Positions 20,241-29,719 of a stretch of DNA of 64,000 bases are shown one piece after another. The notes beneath the pieces were generated by a model. That model was not told where the DNA came from and searched no databases. It saw only the letters and a list, made by a program, of their open reading frames with translations. Source of the DNA: a virus. Each line of letters begins with the position of its first letter. Within the stretch, counting starts at the first letter, position 1. Location of the stretch: positions 24,996-88,995 of the IMG/VR virus record IMGVR_UViG_3300017706_000970, one strand, 5' to 3'. A program made the translations under genes and the position numbers.

Positions 20241-21803
20241 ATGCCGAACCTATTTGGTTTCTCATTCGGGAAGAACAATAAAGATTTAGATAGTTCCATC
20301 ATCCAACCAGATGGTACACTAGTAAACCCATCATTTGTCCCACCAGAGGTCGATGATGGGTCTACTGTTGTTGGTGGTGGTGGACATTTCGGACAGTACC
20401 TAGATTTAGATGGTGCAGTTCGTAATGACGCAGAAATGATAATCAAGTATCGTTCAATGACGGCTCATGCTGAAATTGAAATGGCAATGGAAGATATTCT
20501 AAACGAAGCCATCGTTTATGAATTGGATTATCCTGCTGTAAAACTCAGACTTGATCAGTCCAATCTAACAGATACAATCAAGGATAAAGTTACCGAAGAG
20601 TTTAATACGATTCTTCGGTTACTGAATTTTGCAAACAAGGGTTATGAAATTTTCAGACGATGGTACATCGATGGTCGATTATATTATCACATCATTGTGG
20701 ATCCTGCTGCTACCAAAAAAGGTATCAAGGAACTTCGTGCAGTTGATGCGGTGAAGATCAAGAAGATTAAGAAAATTGATAAGATAAAAGACCCATCAAC
20801 TCAGGTTCCTATTGTAACCAAAGTCGAAGACTTTTACATCTATTATGATAAAGCATATATGGATCGTTATGGTGGTGGCGGTATGTCTGTAGTGAACAAC
20901 CAAGGCATCGATGGTATTAAGATTGCAAAAGAAGCAATCTGTTATGTTCCATCTGGAATGTATGACTTCGAGAACAAACGAGTGACTGGTTATCTTCAGA
21001 AGGCAATCAAACCACTTAACCAACTTCGGATGATTGAAGACGCTGTAGTCATCTATAGAATCTCAAGAGCTCCCGAACGAAGAATCTTTTATATTGACGT
21101 TGGTTCATTACCTAAGACTAAGGCAGAACAATATCTTCGAGAGATCATGAATAAGTATCGAAACAAACTAGTGTACGATGCTTCTACAGGTGAACTCAAA
21201 GACGATAAGAAGCACATGACGATGCTTGAAGACTTCTGGTTACCTCGTCGTGAAGGTGGTAGAGGAACCGAAATCAGTACACTAGATGGTGGTCAGAATC
21301 TAGGCGAGATGGAAGATGTAGAATACTTCAAAAAGAAACTGTACAGAGCTCTCAATGTTCCTGTTACTCGACTCGAACCAGACAGTGGTTTCAACATGGG
21401 CAGAGCATCGGAGATTACAAGAGATGAACTTAAGTTCTCCAAATTTGTAGACAAACTACGTTCTGCTTTCTCTCAACTTTTTATCAGTCTTCTCAAGACT
21501 CAAGTTATTCTTAAGGGTATTATGAGAGAAGAAGAGTGGAGATCTCTAGAACAGGATATTCGTTTTGACTATATTCGAGATTCTTACTTCACAGAATTGA
21601 AAAATGCTGAAATGATGAAAGAACGACTTGAGATCCTACAACAAATGGAAGAGTTTATTGGTACTTACTATTCAAGAGATTTTGTTCGCAAGAATGTTCT
21701 TCGTCAGACTGAAGAAGAAATTAAAGATATGGACGCACAAATTCGAGCAGAAGAGAAAAGTGGCGACATAGATATTAATGCAGACCAAGATAATCAGGAG
21801 TAG
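20241..21803 (+). CDS. gp20: portal protein
   Basis: IFRRWYIDGR, NQLRMIEDAVVIYRISRAPERRIFYIDVG, EDFWLPRREGGRGTEI. Confidence 0.97.
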   Translation: MPNLFGFSFGKNNKDLDSSIIQPDGTLVNPSFVPPEVDDGSTVVGGGGHFGQYLDLDGAVRNDAEMIIKYRSMTAHAEIEMAMEDILNEAIVYELDYPAVKLRLDQSNLTDTIKDKVTEEFNTILRLLNFANKGYEIFRRWYIDGRLYYHIIVDPAATKKGIKELRAVDAVKIKKIKKIDKIKDPSTQVPIVTKVEDFYIYYDKAYMDRYGGGGMSVVNNQGIDGIKIAKEAICYVPSGMYDFENKRVTGYLQKAIKPLNQLRMIEDAVVIYRISRAPERRIFYIDVGSLPKTKAEQYLREIMNKYRNKLVYDASTGELKDDKKHMTMLEDFWLPRREGGRGTEISTLDGGQNLGEMEDVEYFKKKLYRALNVPVTRLEPDSGFNMGRASEITRDELKFSKFVDKLRSAFSQLFISLLKTQVILKGIMREEEWRSLEQDIRFDYIRDSYFTELKNAEMMKERLEILQQMEEFIGTYYSRDFVRKNVLRQTEEEIKDMDAQIRAEEKSGDIDINADQDNQE

Positions 21804-21806
21804 TAA

Positions 21807-22310
21807 ATGGCTTCAGCAAATTACGACATTTCACATGAACAGGGAACCAACTTTGTTCTCAACATAAACTATTATGATGATTTAGGTGTTCCTCTTGATC
21901 TTAGTTATGGTTATTGGGCACAGATGGATGTCAGGGGACAAAGATATGAACTTGACACCGAAAATGATACACTAAAGTTACGTTTTTCAACATCAAACGT
22001 ATATGGTGTAACTGGATCTATATCACCAAATAAGGGTGCCACTGCTGGTCACATATCATTAAACGGTGAGTACGTCTATAGTGATACAGGAGAAGGAGCC
22101 ACTACTAGTGGAGTAACCGGTCAAATTTCACTATCCTTTACCAAAGAAATATCCACACAACTTGCATCAGGATCATCACTGTTTGATCTTTTTTTATTCG
22201 ATGACCGAGGAATATCAAGTGGAACCACGGGTGATGCTTACGCAGAAAAACTAATATCCGGTAAATTTATAATCTCACCTGCAATTTCAGATCCAAATTT
22301 CGGAGGTTAA
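21807..22310 (+). CDS. putative fibre-attachment/adaptor protein (paralog of 56517..56966)
   Basis: Y(D/N)I..(E/D)(Q/R)G..F...........DL..Y.A.M.VR pattern and C-terminal DL....(K/R)(L/I)..G.F...P shared with 56517..56966. Confidence 0.55.
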   Translation: MASANYDISHEQGTNFVLNINYYDDLGVPLDLSYGYWAQMDVRGQRYELDTENDTLKLRFSTSNVYGVTGSISPNKGATAGHISLNGEYVYSDTGEGATTSGVTGQISLSFTKEISTQLASGSSLFDLFLFDDRGISSGTTGDAYAEKLISGKFIISPAISDPNFGG

Positions 22311-22313
22311 TCT

Positions 22314-23237
22314 ATGCCATTACAGGTATTAAACGCCACTGGATTTGAAATAGCAAAATTTGGTGGTAGTTTTATTAATTTGCACAGAGTTTCTGTGGAA
22401 CAAAATAATGGAGGCGCTCAGTTTTTACCGGAAGTTGCAAATCCAGCTGTTCCCCGTGGAGCTGTTAGTGTTGGTATGGGAACTAATCAATGTCTTTCTG
22501 GATTTAAACAAGATCCGTCCAGACGATCTTTTTTCTCTATCGACACTAGTGGATTATCAATTCCCATCGAAACATGCAATACTCCTGTAGGTAAGCAGAA
22601 ATTCTTTGATCAATTTAAATTACCAGTTGCACATGATGACCAATTCTTAAATAGAGATCCTACCGGAGATTATATTGACGGTGTTAATATTCTTAACACA
22701 GATTTCGGAAGAAAAAAATATTCGGCTAGCGGAACTGGTAATAATATTCAAGTAGTTTCTGCTATATCCTTTTCCCTTACACAGACCACAGAGTTCAATC
22801 CAACATATGATGCAATGATTGATGTTCATTGGGCAAGAGGTATGGATACTTCTGGTTCCTGTCCATCTGCCACAATATTTCAACCTTTAATTGTACCAGA
22901 TCAAAGAAATGAGGAAGGTTTAAATATTGCTAGATATGGTTACAAGGGTCAGTGGTGGTTATCTGGTTCTAGGTATTATTTAGAAATAAGACACGGATTA
23001 AACACTATGGATTATAGTGCAATCGTTAATGATGGAGGTTGGTTTGTGCAAATTCCTAAAAATAATTCTCTTATTCTTTCTAGATACATTGAACAAAAAA
23101 CTTCTTACTTAGAAACCAATAAAAGATACGAAACAGACGAATCAATGTTTGAACTACCGAAGGGTAGAATAAACGTGACAATTTTTGCTGATCCATGTGA
23201 TATAACTAGTCAAACTAACCCGTTAAGTATTGGATAA
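22314..23237 (+). CDS. hypothetical protein (307 aa)
   Basis: Long ORF tightly packed in operon; no recognised motif. Confidence 0.6.
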   Translation: MPLQVLNATGFEIAKFGGSFINLHRVSVEQNNGGAQFLPEVANPAVPRGAVSVGMGTNQCLSGFKQDPSRRSFFSIDTSGLSIPIETCNTPVGKQKFFDQFKLPVAHDDQFLNRDPTGDYIDGVNILNTDFGRKKYSASGTGNNIQVVSAISFSLTQTTEFNPTYDAMIDVHWARGMDTSGSCPSATIFQPLIVPDQRNEEGLNIARYGYKGQWWLSGSRYYLEIRHGLNTMDYSAIVNDGGWFVQIPKNNSLILSRYIEQKTSYLETNKRYETDESMFELPKGRINVTIFADPCDITSQTNPLSIG

Positions 23238-23239
23238 TT

Positions 23240-24607
23240 ATGGAAGGTAGTAATCAAAAAATAACTGGTTATATAAAGATCATAGAACCAACTGAAAGTG
23301 TTCTCTTAACGGGGGGAAATCCGTTAAGACTTTCTCGTAGGCGAGATGAAATAGTTTTAGATTTAACTATTAGAGATAAAAAAAATCATTACTTCTATGA
23401 TGACTACAATAGTAAATTTTTTATGCCAGAACCATGTATTCCATGTTTTAATGGTAGAGGTATAGATGAATGTTGCGGACAAGATTTATGTGATATTGGC
23501 AGTGTTGGTATTGTTACTAATATTTCACAGTCTCCAAAAGATACCGTATTTCTTGCGCCGCCAATTATCCCACCTCCCATAATAATCCCTAGGCCGCCTG
23601 GCATTCCAATACCGGGATTTGAAGATGAGGATGAACAAGAAGAAGAAGATAGTTGTCCATCGACAGTAACTCGTTACGGGAGACTAGGAGACTCTTGCAG
23701 TGAAGAGTGTTGTTTTTGCGGAAATGTAGAACACTGCATAGAAATTACTTCATATAAGTCAGGTTTTATTGTAAGACAATGTGCTCCGGCAGAATCTCAA
23801 CTTCCTCCTGAATGTGCGACATTTAGTGGTTGTACTTGTCCCACATGTGATTGTGATTGTGATAATGATTATAATCCAAATGAATATTGTTACTGTCCAT
23901 GTTCAATACCTAGAAGGGAACCTAGTGTAGAATTTAAAACATGTGAAACTAAAACTGTAAGAGCATGTTGGTCACCAAGTGACGGACTTGAAGATGATGG
24001 AAGAATGAAATTTACAGCAAGTGATGGTACAACAGCTTTCCTAGATTTTGAAACAAGTTCGTTCATTCCCGGAAATTTAGGTTCCGGACTACAACATACT
24101 GAAAATATTACATCAGAGGATCCCGAGGTTCCCGGAGCATTTGATTCATGTCCGCAAGACCAAGCTTCTTCGATTTCATACGGGGGAATACCATGTTTAC
24201 TTGGATGTGGTTATGGAGAAGGATTTAGTTGCGAACCGTTGGAAGATCTTTCACCGGAGACTAACACAAATGGATGTCAAAGTGGAAGCACAACTTATTA
24301 TCAATATGCGTGTTATGGTATTTTAACATGTCCACAAGGTACACATTTTTCTGAGTGTATTAAAGTTCCACGCATAACTTTTTCTTGGAGTAAAATAGAA
24401 TTGCGAGACGACATCGGAGATGGAGGACAATTCAATATACCAACACCCGTGCCTATAGGACTACCTTTCGGTGGGCCCGAATATTCACCTGCTACTGATT
24501 GTCAAACAAGAACATCTTCTTCTTGTGGACAAGAATCTGATGGAGGATTACCAGAAGATTACCAAACAGACTTCGGCGGTACATTATATCCACCATCTGC
24601 TGGATAA
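23240..24607 (+). CDS. cysteine-rich hypothetical protein
   Basis: About 30 Cys counted by eye (CC, CxC, CxCxxCxCxC), Pro-rich and acidic linker. Confidence 0.65.
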   Translation: MEGSNQKITGYIKIIEPTESVLLTGGNPLRLSRRRDEIVLDLTIRDKKNHYFYDDYNSKFFMPEPCIPCFNGRGIDECCGQDLCDIGSVGIVTNISQSPKDTVFLAPPIIPPPIIIPRPPGIPIPGFEDEDEQEEEDSCPSTVTRYGRLGDSCSEECCFCGNVEHCIEITSYKSGFIVRQCAPAESQLPPECATFSGCTCPTCDCDCDNDYNPNEYCYCPCSIPRREPSVEFKTCETKTVRACWSPSDGLEDDGRMKFTASDGTTAFLDFETSSFIPGNLGSGLQHTENITSEDPEVPGAFDSCPQDQASSISYGGIPCLLGCGYGEGFSCEPLEDLSPETNTNGCQSGSTTYYQYACYGILTCPQGTHFSECIKVPRITFSWSKIELRDDIGDGGQFNIPTPVPIGLPFGGPEYSPATDCQTRTSSSCGQESDGGLPEDYQTDFGGTLYPPSAG

Positions 24608-24619
24608 AAAACACGTTTT

Positions 24620-24627
24620 TATAAATA
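24620..24627 (+). promoter_or_regulatory. T4-type late promoter TATAAATA
   Basis: Exact match upstream of AAGGAG RBS and ATG 24653. Confidence 0.85.
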
Positions 24628-24652
24628 TACAAGAACTCTAAGGAGACTTTAA

Positions 24653-25144
24653 ATGTCACATGTTAACAAAATTATCGAAGGGTTAATCGAAGAAAACCCA
24701 TCAGAAGTAAAGCAAGCTATCGAGGATACTCTCATGAGTAAACTTGCCGATAGGCTCGAGATTGCAAGAGAAGAAATCGCCTCTGCTATTCTCGACGAGA
24801 AGAAGAAAGAAGACAAAGAAGATGAACTTGAGAAGGAACTCGATGACGATGAAACCGGCGAGTCTTTCCCAGTAAAAGATGAAGAAGAAGAAGAAATAGA
24901 TGACGAGGATGAGGACGAAGAAGTAAAGCCAAAAAAGAAAGTTAAAGAAGGTTCATATATGCCTGGCCGGGGCAAAGCAAAAGACGCAAAACACTCTACC
25001 ATGGCCAAAGACTACAAAGAAAGTGCATTAGATGCAGTTGGTGGAGAAGACGACGATGTTAACAACGATGGTAAGGTAAATTCCTCGGACTCTTATCTCA
25101 AGAACCGAAGAAAAACAATCGCCAACAAGATGAAGTCCCGCTGA
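24653..25144 (+). CDS. prohead core protein (gp67-like N-terminus) with acidic tail
   Basis: Position before gp21; N-terminal helix K.ADRLE..REEIA; acidic stretch; [20 protein letters not shown] motif. Confidence 0.6.
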   Translation: MSHVNKIIEGLIEENPSEVKQAIEDTLMSKLADRLEIAREEIASAILDEKKKEDKEDELEKELDDDETGESFPVKDEEEEEIDDEDEDEEVKPKKKVKEGSYMPGRGKAKDAKHSTMAKDYKESALDAVGGEDDDVNNDGKVNSSDSYLKNRRKTIANKMKSR

Positions 25145-25167
25145 TATAACCTTAAGAGAGAAGAACT

Positions 25168-25812
25168 ATGCTTCTAATAACAGAACAAAGAGATGACATT
25201 CAATGTCTCACTGAAGCCACCGAAGATGGAAAGAAAAACTATTTCATCGAAGGTATCTTCATGCAGTCAGAGAAAGTAAACCGCAACGGTAGAATGTATG
25301 AGAGAAAAATTCTCTTCAACGAAGCAGACCGTTACAACAAAGAATACGTTCAGAAGAGTAGAGCAATGGGAGAGTTGGGACACCCAGACGGACCGTCACT
25401 AAATCTCGAACGTGTATGTCACAACATTGTTGAAATGAGTTTTGACGGCGACAACGTAATGGGCAAAGCAAAAATTCTCGATACTCCCTATGGAAAAATC
25501 GTCAAGAGTCTCATCGATGATGGGGTAAAACTTGGTGTATCCACTAGAGGTATGGGAACACTTGAAGAGAAAAATGGAGTCAAGATGGTTAAGGAAGACT
25601 TCATGCTCACCGCAGTTGACGTTGTTGCAGATCCATCTGCCCCTGATGCCTTTGTCAACGGTATCATGGAAGGTAAAGAATGGGTATGGAATAACGGTAT
25701 GCTCAAAGAACGAGAAATCGAAACCTATAGAAAAACAATAACCAAAGCTGAACGAGAAAATCTCGAAGAACAGAAACTTAATGTGTTCCGAGATTTCCTT
25801 TCAAAATTATGA
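25168..25812 (+). CDS. gp21: prohead protease
   Basis: LITE, YFIEGIFMQ...NRNGR.Y, GELGHP, LGVSTRG.G, DVVADPSAPDAFV.GIMEGKEW. Confidence 0.96.
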   Translation: MLLITEQRDDIQCLTEATEDGKKNYFIEGIFMQSEKVNRNGRMYERKILFNEADRYNKEYVQKSRAMGELGHPDGPSLNLERVCHNIVEMSFDGDNVMGKAKILDTPYGKIVKSLIDDGVKLGVSTRGMGTLEEKNGVKMVKEDFMLTAVDVVADPSAPDAFVNGIMEGKEWVWNNGMLKEREIETYRKTITKAERENLEEQKLNVFRDFLSKL

Positions 25813-25816
25813 TTTT

Positions 25817-25824
25817 ACTAAATA
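25817..25824 (+). promoter_or_regulatory. late promoter variant ACTAAATA
   Basis: GATTTTACTAAATA as before gp18; upstream of the gp22 RBS. Confidence 0.7.
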
Positions 25825-25857
25825 ATACTACTGTAAGGTAACAAAAGGAGTCCTTAA

Positions 25858-26991
25858 ATGAGTTCAGATAGCCTAAGCCCAATCGAGGCAGCAAGAAATA
25901 TTCTTGCCGGAAAAAACCGTAAAGAAGAATCAGCTTCGGAACTGGTCGAAGGCCTTGCGATCGAAGACGAGAATGATGAAGTTATCACTCTCGAAGATAA
26001 TGATTATGAGGAATTCGACGAGGACGAAGAGGATCAAGACAACTTAGAAGAGGAGTCACCCGAAATGAAGCCTAAGAAACCATCAATGGCCGGAGAAAAA
26101 GGCGCCGCTGTCGAGAAAGACGCCACCGGTAAGTCCGCATTCGATGCCTCAGGTAAAGGACCAGTCATTGGTACTGAAGCCGGCACCGAAGGTAAAGATA
26201 AGCCTAATAAAAAATCTGTCGCCGCTAAACCTTCTGCTGCTTCACCCAAGGTTGAAAAGCCTCATATGAAAGAGCATATGGATGCTCTCTTCGCAGGTGA
26301 AGAATTAACAGAAGACTTCAAGGAGAAGGCAACAACCATCTTCGAAGCAGCTGTTAATGATTCATTAAGCGTCTACGCTGAAGCTCTCGAAGAGAACTAC
26401 AACGAACGCCTTATGGAAACAGCTGCTGAGATTGAAGAAAACCTCACCGCAGAACTCGACGACTATCTAGGATACGTTGTTGAGAACTGGATGAAGGATA
26501 ATGAACTCGCAGTCGAACGAGGCATTCGTGCTGAAGTTGCCGAGTCATTCATGGAAGATCTTCGCGGTGTCTTTGAAAATCACTTCATTGATATCCCAGA
26601 AGATAAATTCGATGTCGTTGAAGGTATGGCCGAGGAACTCGAAGACCTCACCGCTAAACTCAATGAAGAGATCGAACGAAACATGGAAATGAGAAACGAT
26701 ATGGAAGGCCTTCACTGTGAAGGTGTCTTTACCGATATGGCCGAAGGACTAGTAGACACTGATGTCGAAAAACTTCGTTCACTCGCAGAAGGTATCGATT
26801 TCGATAATGCGGAACAATTCGCAGAGAAACTCTCAGTTCTTAAAGAAAGTTACTTCACTAAGTCAAACGCTTCGGATGAAGTTACCTTTATTACAGAAGA
26901 GTCCGACTCAGAAGAACCAACTTCCATTCAGGAAACAACTGGTCCAATGAGTTTCTACGCCCAAGCAATTTCAAGACAACAAAGAAAATAG
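25858..26991 (+). CDS. gp22: prohead core scaffold protein
   Basis: L.EDFKEKATTIFEAAV, DDYL.YVVENW...NELAVERGIR, F..HFIDIPEDK, LKESYF. Confidence 0.93.
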   Translation: MSSDSLSPIEAARNILAGKNRKEESASELVEGLAIEDENDEVITLEDNDYEEFDEDEEDQDNLEEESPEMKPKKPSMAGEKGAAVEKDATGKSAFDASGKGPVIGTEAGTEGKDKPNKKSVAAKPSAASPKVEKPHMKEHMDALFAGEELTEDFKEKATTIFEAAVNDSLSVYAEALEENYNERLMETAAEIEENLTAELDDYLGYVVENWMKDNELAVERGIRAEVAESFMEDLRGVFENHFIDIPEDKFDVVEGMAEELEDLTAKLNEEIERNMEMRNDMEGLHCEGVFTDMAEGLVDTDVEKLRSLAEGIDFDNAEQFAEKLSVLKESYFTKSNASDEVTFITEESDSEEPTSIQETTGPMSFYAQAISRQQRK

Positions 26992-27014
26992 TCTAAATCA
27001 AAAGGAGATTTTAG

Positions 27015-28457
27015 ATGTCTAACTACGATCAAACTGCTTCGCTCGCTGAGCAAGTAAAAGCCAAGTGGGAACCAATTCTGGAACACCCAGAACTCCCAAC
27101 AATTGAAGATTCATACAAGAAGAATGTCACAGCTGTTCTTCTTGAGAACCAAGAACAGTACCTTTCTGAAGCCATTCCAAACAGTGGTATGCAGAATGGT
27201 ATGATTAGTGGTATCGGCTCGAACGCACACGCTCAAGGACAGGTTCAGTCATTCGACCCAGTTCTTATCAGCCTCGTTCGTCGCTCCATGCCAAACCTCG
27301 TTGCTTATGATATCTGCGGTGTCCAGCCAATGACTGGTCCTACCGGACTTATCTTTGCAATGAAGAGTAACTACGTTGATGCAGCTGGTGCTCGTGGTGA
27401 CGAAGCACTCTTCGACGAAGCTCGTACAGGTTACGCCACACGCGCTGGTGGTAAAACTGGCGAGAACGAAGCACTTACATCTGCTTCCGTCTTCGGTAAT
27501 GCAGGAGCAGGTCTAACTGGTGATCCGATCGCTGACTTCGTTCATGGAGGTATTACCAACGATCTAGCCGAAAAACTCGACGGAACTGGTGCAAACGCAT
27601 TCCAGCAAATGGCATTCTCCATCGAGAGAACCGCAGTTCAGGCGAAGACTCGCGCCCTCAAGGCCGAATACTCAACTGAACTCGCTCAAGACCTCCGTGC
27701 TGTTCACGGACTTGATGCCGAGACCGAACTCGCTAACATTCTCAGCACTGAGATCCTTAGCGAAATCAACCGCGAAGTCGTTCGTACTATCCTCAAGGTT
27801 GCTAAACTCGGTTGTCAGCAAACTGACCTCAAGGGTAAGGGTACAAATGCGGGCGTCTTCGGCGTCGCCGGCGGCGCCGGTGGTGTCTACGATATCCTCT
27901 CGGACTCAGACGGTCGATGGTCAGCAGAACGCTTCCGTGGTCTGCTCTTCCAAATCGAACGTGAATGCAACCTCATCGCACGACAGACTCGTCGCGGTAA
28001 GGGCAACATCGTCATCTGTTCCTCAGATGTCGCTGCTGCACTCGCACTCAGTGGATCACTTCAGTCAACCCCAATGGGTGGCGGAAGTCTCACGGTTGAC
28101 GACACAGGCAACACCTTTGTCGGTACACTCAACGGTCGTCTCAAGGTCTACATTGACCCATACGCCGACTTCAACTACTGCGTAGTAGGTTATAAGGGTG
28201 CCAGTCAGTATGACGCCGGACTCTTCTACTGCCCATACGTTCCACTACAGATGGTTCGTGCAGTCGGGGAAGATACCTTCCAGCCCAAGATCGGATTCAA
28301 GACTCGTTACGGTCTTGTCTCTAACCCATTCGTCAAGACCGCTGCAGGAACCGGAGCTGACGGTGAATCACTCAATGCTCGTCTCAACCAGTACTACCGT
28401 GCATTCAGAATTGATAACCTCCACGGTATCAACTCTGGCGGTGGTGCAACTCAGTGA
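27015..28457 (+). CDS. gp23: major capsid protein
   Basis: KW.PILEH, LLENQE, FDPVLISLVRRSMPNL.AYDICGVQPMTGPTGLIFAM, RALKAEYS.ELAQDL, FQPKIGFKTRYG. Confidence 0.98.
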   Translation: MSNYDQTASLAEQVKAKWEPILEHPELPTIEDSYKKNVTAVLLENQEQYLSEAIPNSGMQNGMISGIGSNAHAQGQVQSFDPVLISLVRRSMPNLVAYDICGVQPMTGPTGLIFAMKSNYVDAAGARGDEALFDEARTGYATRAGGKTGENEALTSASVFGNAGAGLTGDPIADFVHGGITNDLAEKLDGTGANAFQQMAFSIERTAVQAKTRALKAEYSTELAQDLRAVHGLDAETELANILSTEILSEINREVVRTILKVAKLGCQQTDLKGKGTNAGVFGVAGGAGGVYDILSDSDGRWSAERFRGLLFQIERECNLIARQTRRGKGNIVICSSDVAAALALSGSLQSTPMGGGSLTVDDTGNTFVGTLNGRLKVYIDPYADFNYCVVGYKGASQYDAGLFYCPYVPLQMVRAVGEDTFQPKIGFKTRYGLVSNPFVKTAAGTGADGESLNARLNQYYRAFRIDNLHGINSGGGATQ

Positions 28458-28489
28458 TAACTGAAACTCGGACTTGATCCGACACTAGG

Positions 28490-28524
28490 AACAGGGGAGA
28501 CTTCGGTCTCCCCTGTTTCTTTTT
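28490..28524 (+). terminator. Rho-independent terminator with cUUCGg tetraloop after gp23
   Basis: 12-bp stem AACAGGGGAGAC-TTCG-GTCTCCCCTGTT followed by TCTTTTT. Confidence 0.92.
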
Positions 28525-28527
28525 GTA

Positions 28528-28535
28528 TATAAATA
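28528..28535 (+). promoter_or_regulatory. T4-type late promoter TATAAATA
   Basis: Exact match right after the terminator, before the GGAG RBS of gp3. Confidence 0.85.
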
Positions 28536-28550
28536 TATTGGAGAAACACT

Positions 28551-29144
28551 ATGCCAAGTTACAACCAGTATGTTAAGTATGCACTTGACAGACAACCAGA
28601 CAACGAAAACTTATTACAGACGACTGCGTTTAGATTCGTCATGACAAAGGCACCAGAAGTCGTATACTTCTGTCAGAGTGCGTCTGTCCCATCTATCAGC
28701 GTGATAGACACACCAGTATTAAGTAAACATCCCACTCTTCATTTTGCAGATCCCAAATTAAATTATGATCCACTCACTCTATCATTTCTAGTAAATGAAG
28801 ACATGGGTAACTGGATGGAAATATACAACTGGATGCGATCGTTCACTATTCATGATGAAACATTAGAACCAAGAAACCGATCGGAAATTCGTCTAAGTGG
28901 CATTGCAAATTCTGACGATCCTTATAGTGCCAAATCTAAACCCGGCGACCCATCAGATTACCAAGTCGATGGTACATTAGTTTTATTAAATAGTAAATCA
29001 CTACCACAAGCTTCCATAACATTTAAAGATCTTTATCCAAGCAGTCTAGGAGAACTTGATCTGAATGCTTCCGACGGCGAAGCTTCCCCAATAACATGTA
29101 GTCTCACGTTACAATACAGAGATTATGAGGTAACAGTGTATTGA
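28551..29144 (+). CDS. gp3: tail completion/sheath stabilizer protein
   Basis: N.L....FRF...K.P.V.YFCQSA.VP, Y.PL.L.FLV.EDM.NW.EIY.W, F.DLYP.SL; canonical gp23-gp3-uvsY order. Confidence 0.85.
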   Translation: MPSYNQYVKYALDRQPDNENLLQTTAFRFVMTKAPEVVYFCQSASVPSISVIDTPVLSKHPTLHFADPKLNYDPLTLSFLVNEDMGNWMEIYNWMRSFTIHDETLEPRNRSEIRLSGIANSDDPYSAKSKPGDPSDYQVDGTLVLLNSKSLPQASITFKDLYPSSLGELDLNASDGEASPITCSLTLQYRDYEVTVY

Positions 29145-29169
29145 CTTACTTGCCTTTGTGGTGTATAAT
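29141..29169 (+). promoter_or_regulatory. sigma70-type promoter for uvsY
   Basis: TTGACT-N17-TATAAT. Confidence 0.8.
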
Positions 29170-29175
29170 TACAGT

Positions 29176-29610
29176 ATGAACTTCGAAGATTTAAAACGAC
29201 ATACCGAACGAGATATGAAAGTCGATGACACTCAGTTGGATCTGGAGTCTCTTAAGATTCCACAACTCCATAATAAGTATCTCAATTTCCTACAAGAAGA
29301 ACGATTCAATCTAAAGAAGATGGGTTTCGACTTTGCTTCCTTACGAAGATCAAAGTGGGAATACTATACAGGTAAGATATCTGAAGAGGATCTCGAAGAA
29401 AAAGGATGGGAACCCTTTGACCTTAAGATTCTGAAGTCAGATATTGACATGTATCTCGATTCTGACAACGATATGATTCTGATGAAACAGAAGATAACAT
29501 ATCAAGAAGAAAAAGTATTCTACTTAGAATCTGTAATTAAAGAGATCGGTCAAAGAAACTGGGAGATTCGCAATGCGATCGAATGGAGAAAGTTTGTATC
29601 CGGTTCTTAA
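29176..29610 (+). CDS. uvsY: recombination mediator UvsY
   Basis: D...D...LD.ESLKIPQLH.KYL, KWEYYTGK, R.W.IRNAIEW.KF..G; ATG 29176 preferred because the GTG at 29158 lies inside the promoter. Confidence 0.9.
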   Translation: MNFEDLKRHTERDMKVDDTQLDLESLKIPQLHNKYLNFLQEERFNLKKMGFDFASLRRSKWEYYTGKISEEDLEEKGWEPFDLKILKSDIDMYLDSDNDMILMKQKITYQEEKVFYLESVIKEIGQRNWEIRNAIEWRKFVSGS

Positions 29611-29641
29611 TTCAAAAGATATTAAATTTTATTGATTCAGA

Positions 29642-29680
29642 GTTGATGATGATACTGTTTTATATCTCATCAACATTTTA
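29642..29680 (+). terminator. possible hairpin terminator between uvsY and uvsW
   Basis: GTTGATGA(T)GATA-loop-TATCTCATCAAC stem followed by ATTTTATTT; AT-rich, so weak. Confidence 0.4.
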
Positions 29681-29711
29681 TTTACTGATAATGGCATGGT
29701 TGTATCTTTCT

Positions 29712-29719
29712 CCTAAATA
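29712..29719 (+). promoter_or_regulatory. late promoter variant CCTAAATA
   Basis: Same octamer recurs before regA and 56517; lies 4 nt before the uvsW ATG. Confidence 0.6.

Noticed and set aside
16056-28457. Introns, inteins or homing endonucleases in gp17, gp20 and gp23
   Set aside because: Genes are of normal length and uninterrupted; no HNH, GIY-YIG or LAGLIDADG ORFs recognised
27589-28464. Long alternative-frame ORFs (198 aa and 88 aa) inside gp23
   Set aside because: Ser/Thr/Val-rich shadow of the strong C-ending codon bias of the highly expressed capsid gene; no RBS or recognisable motif
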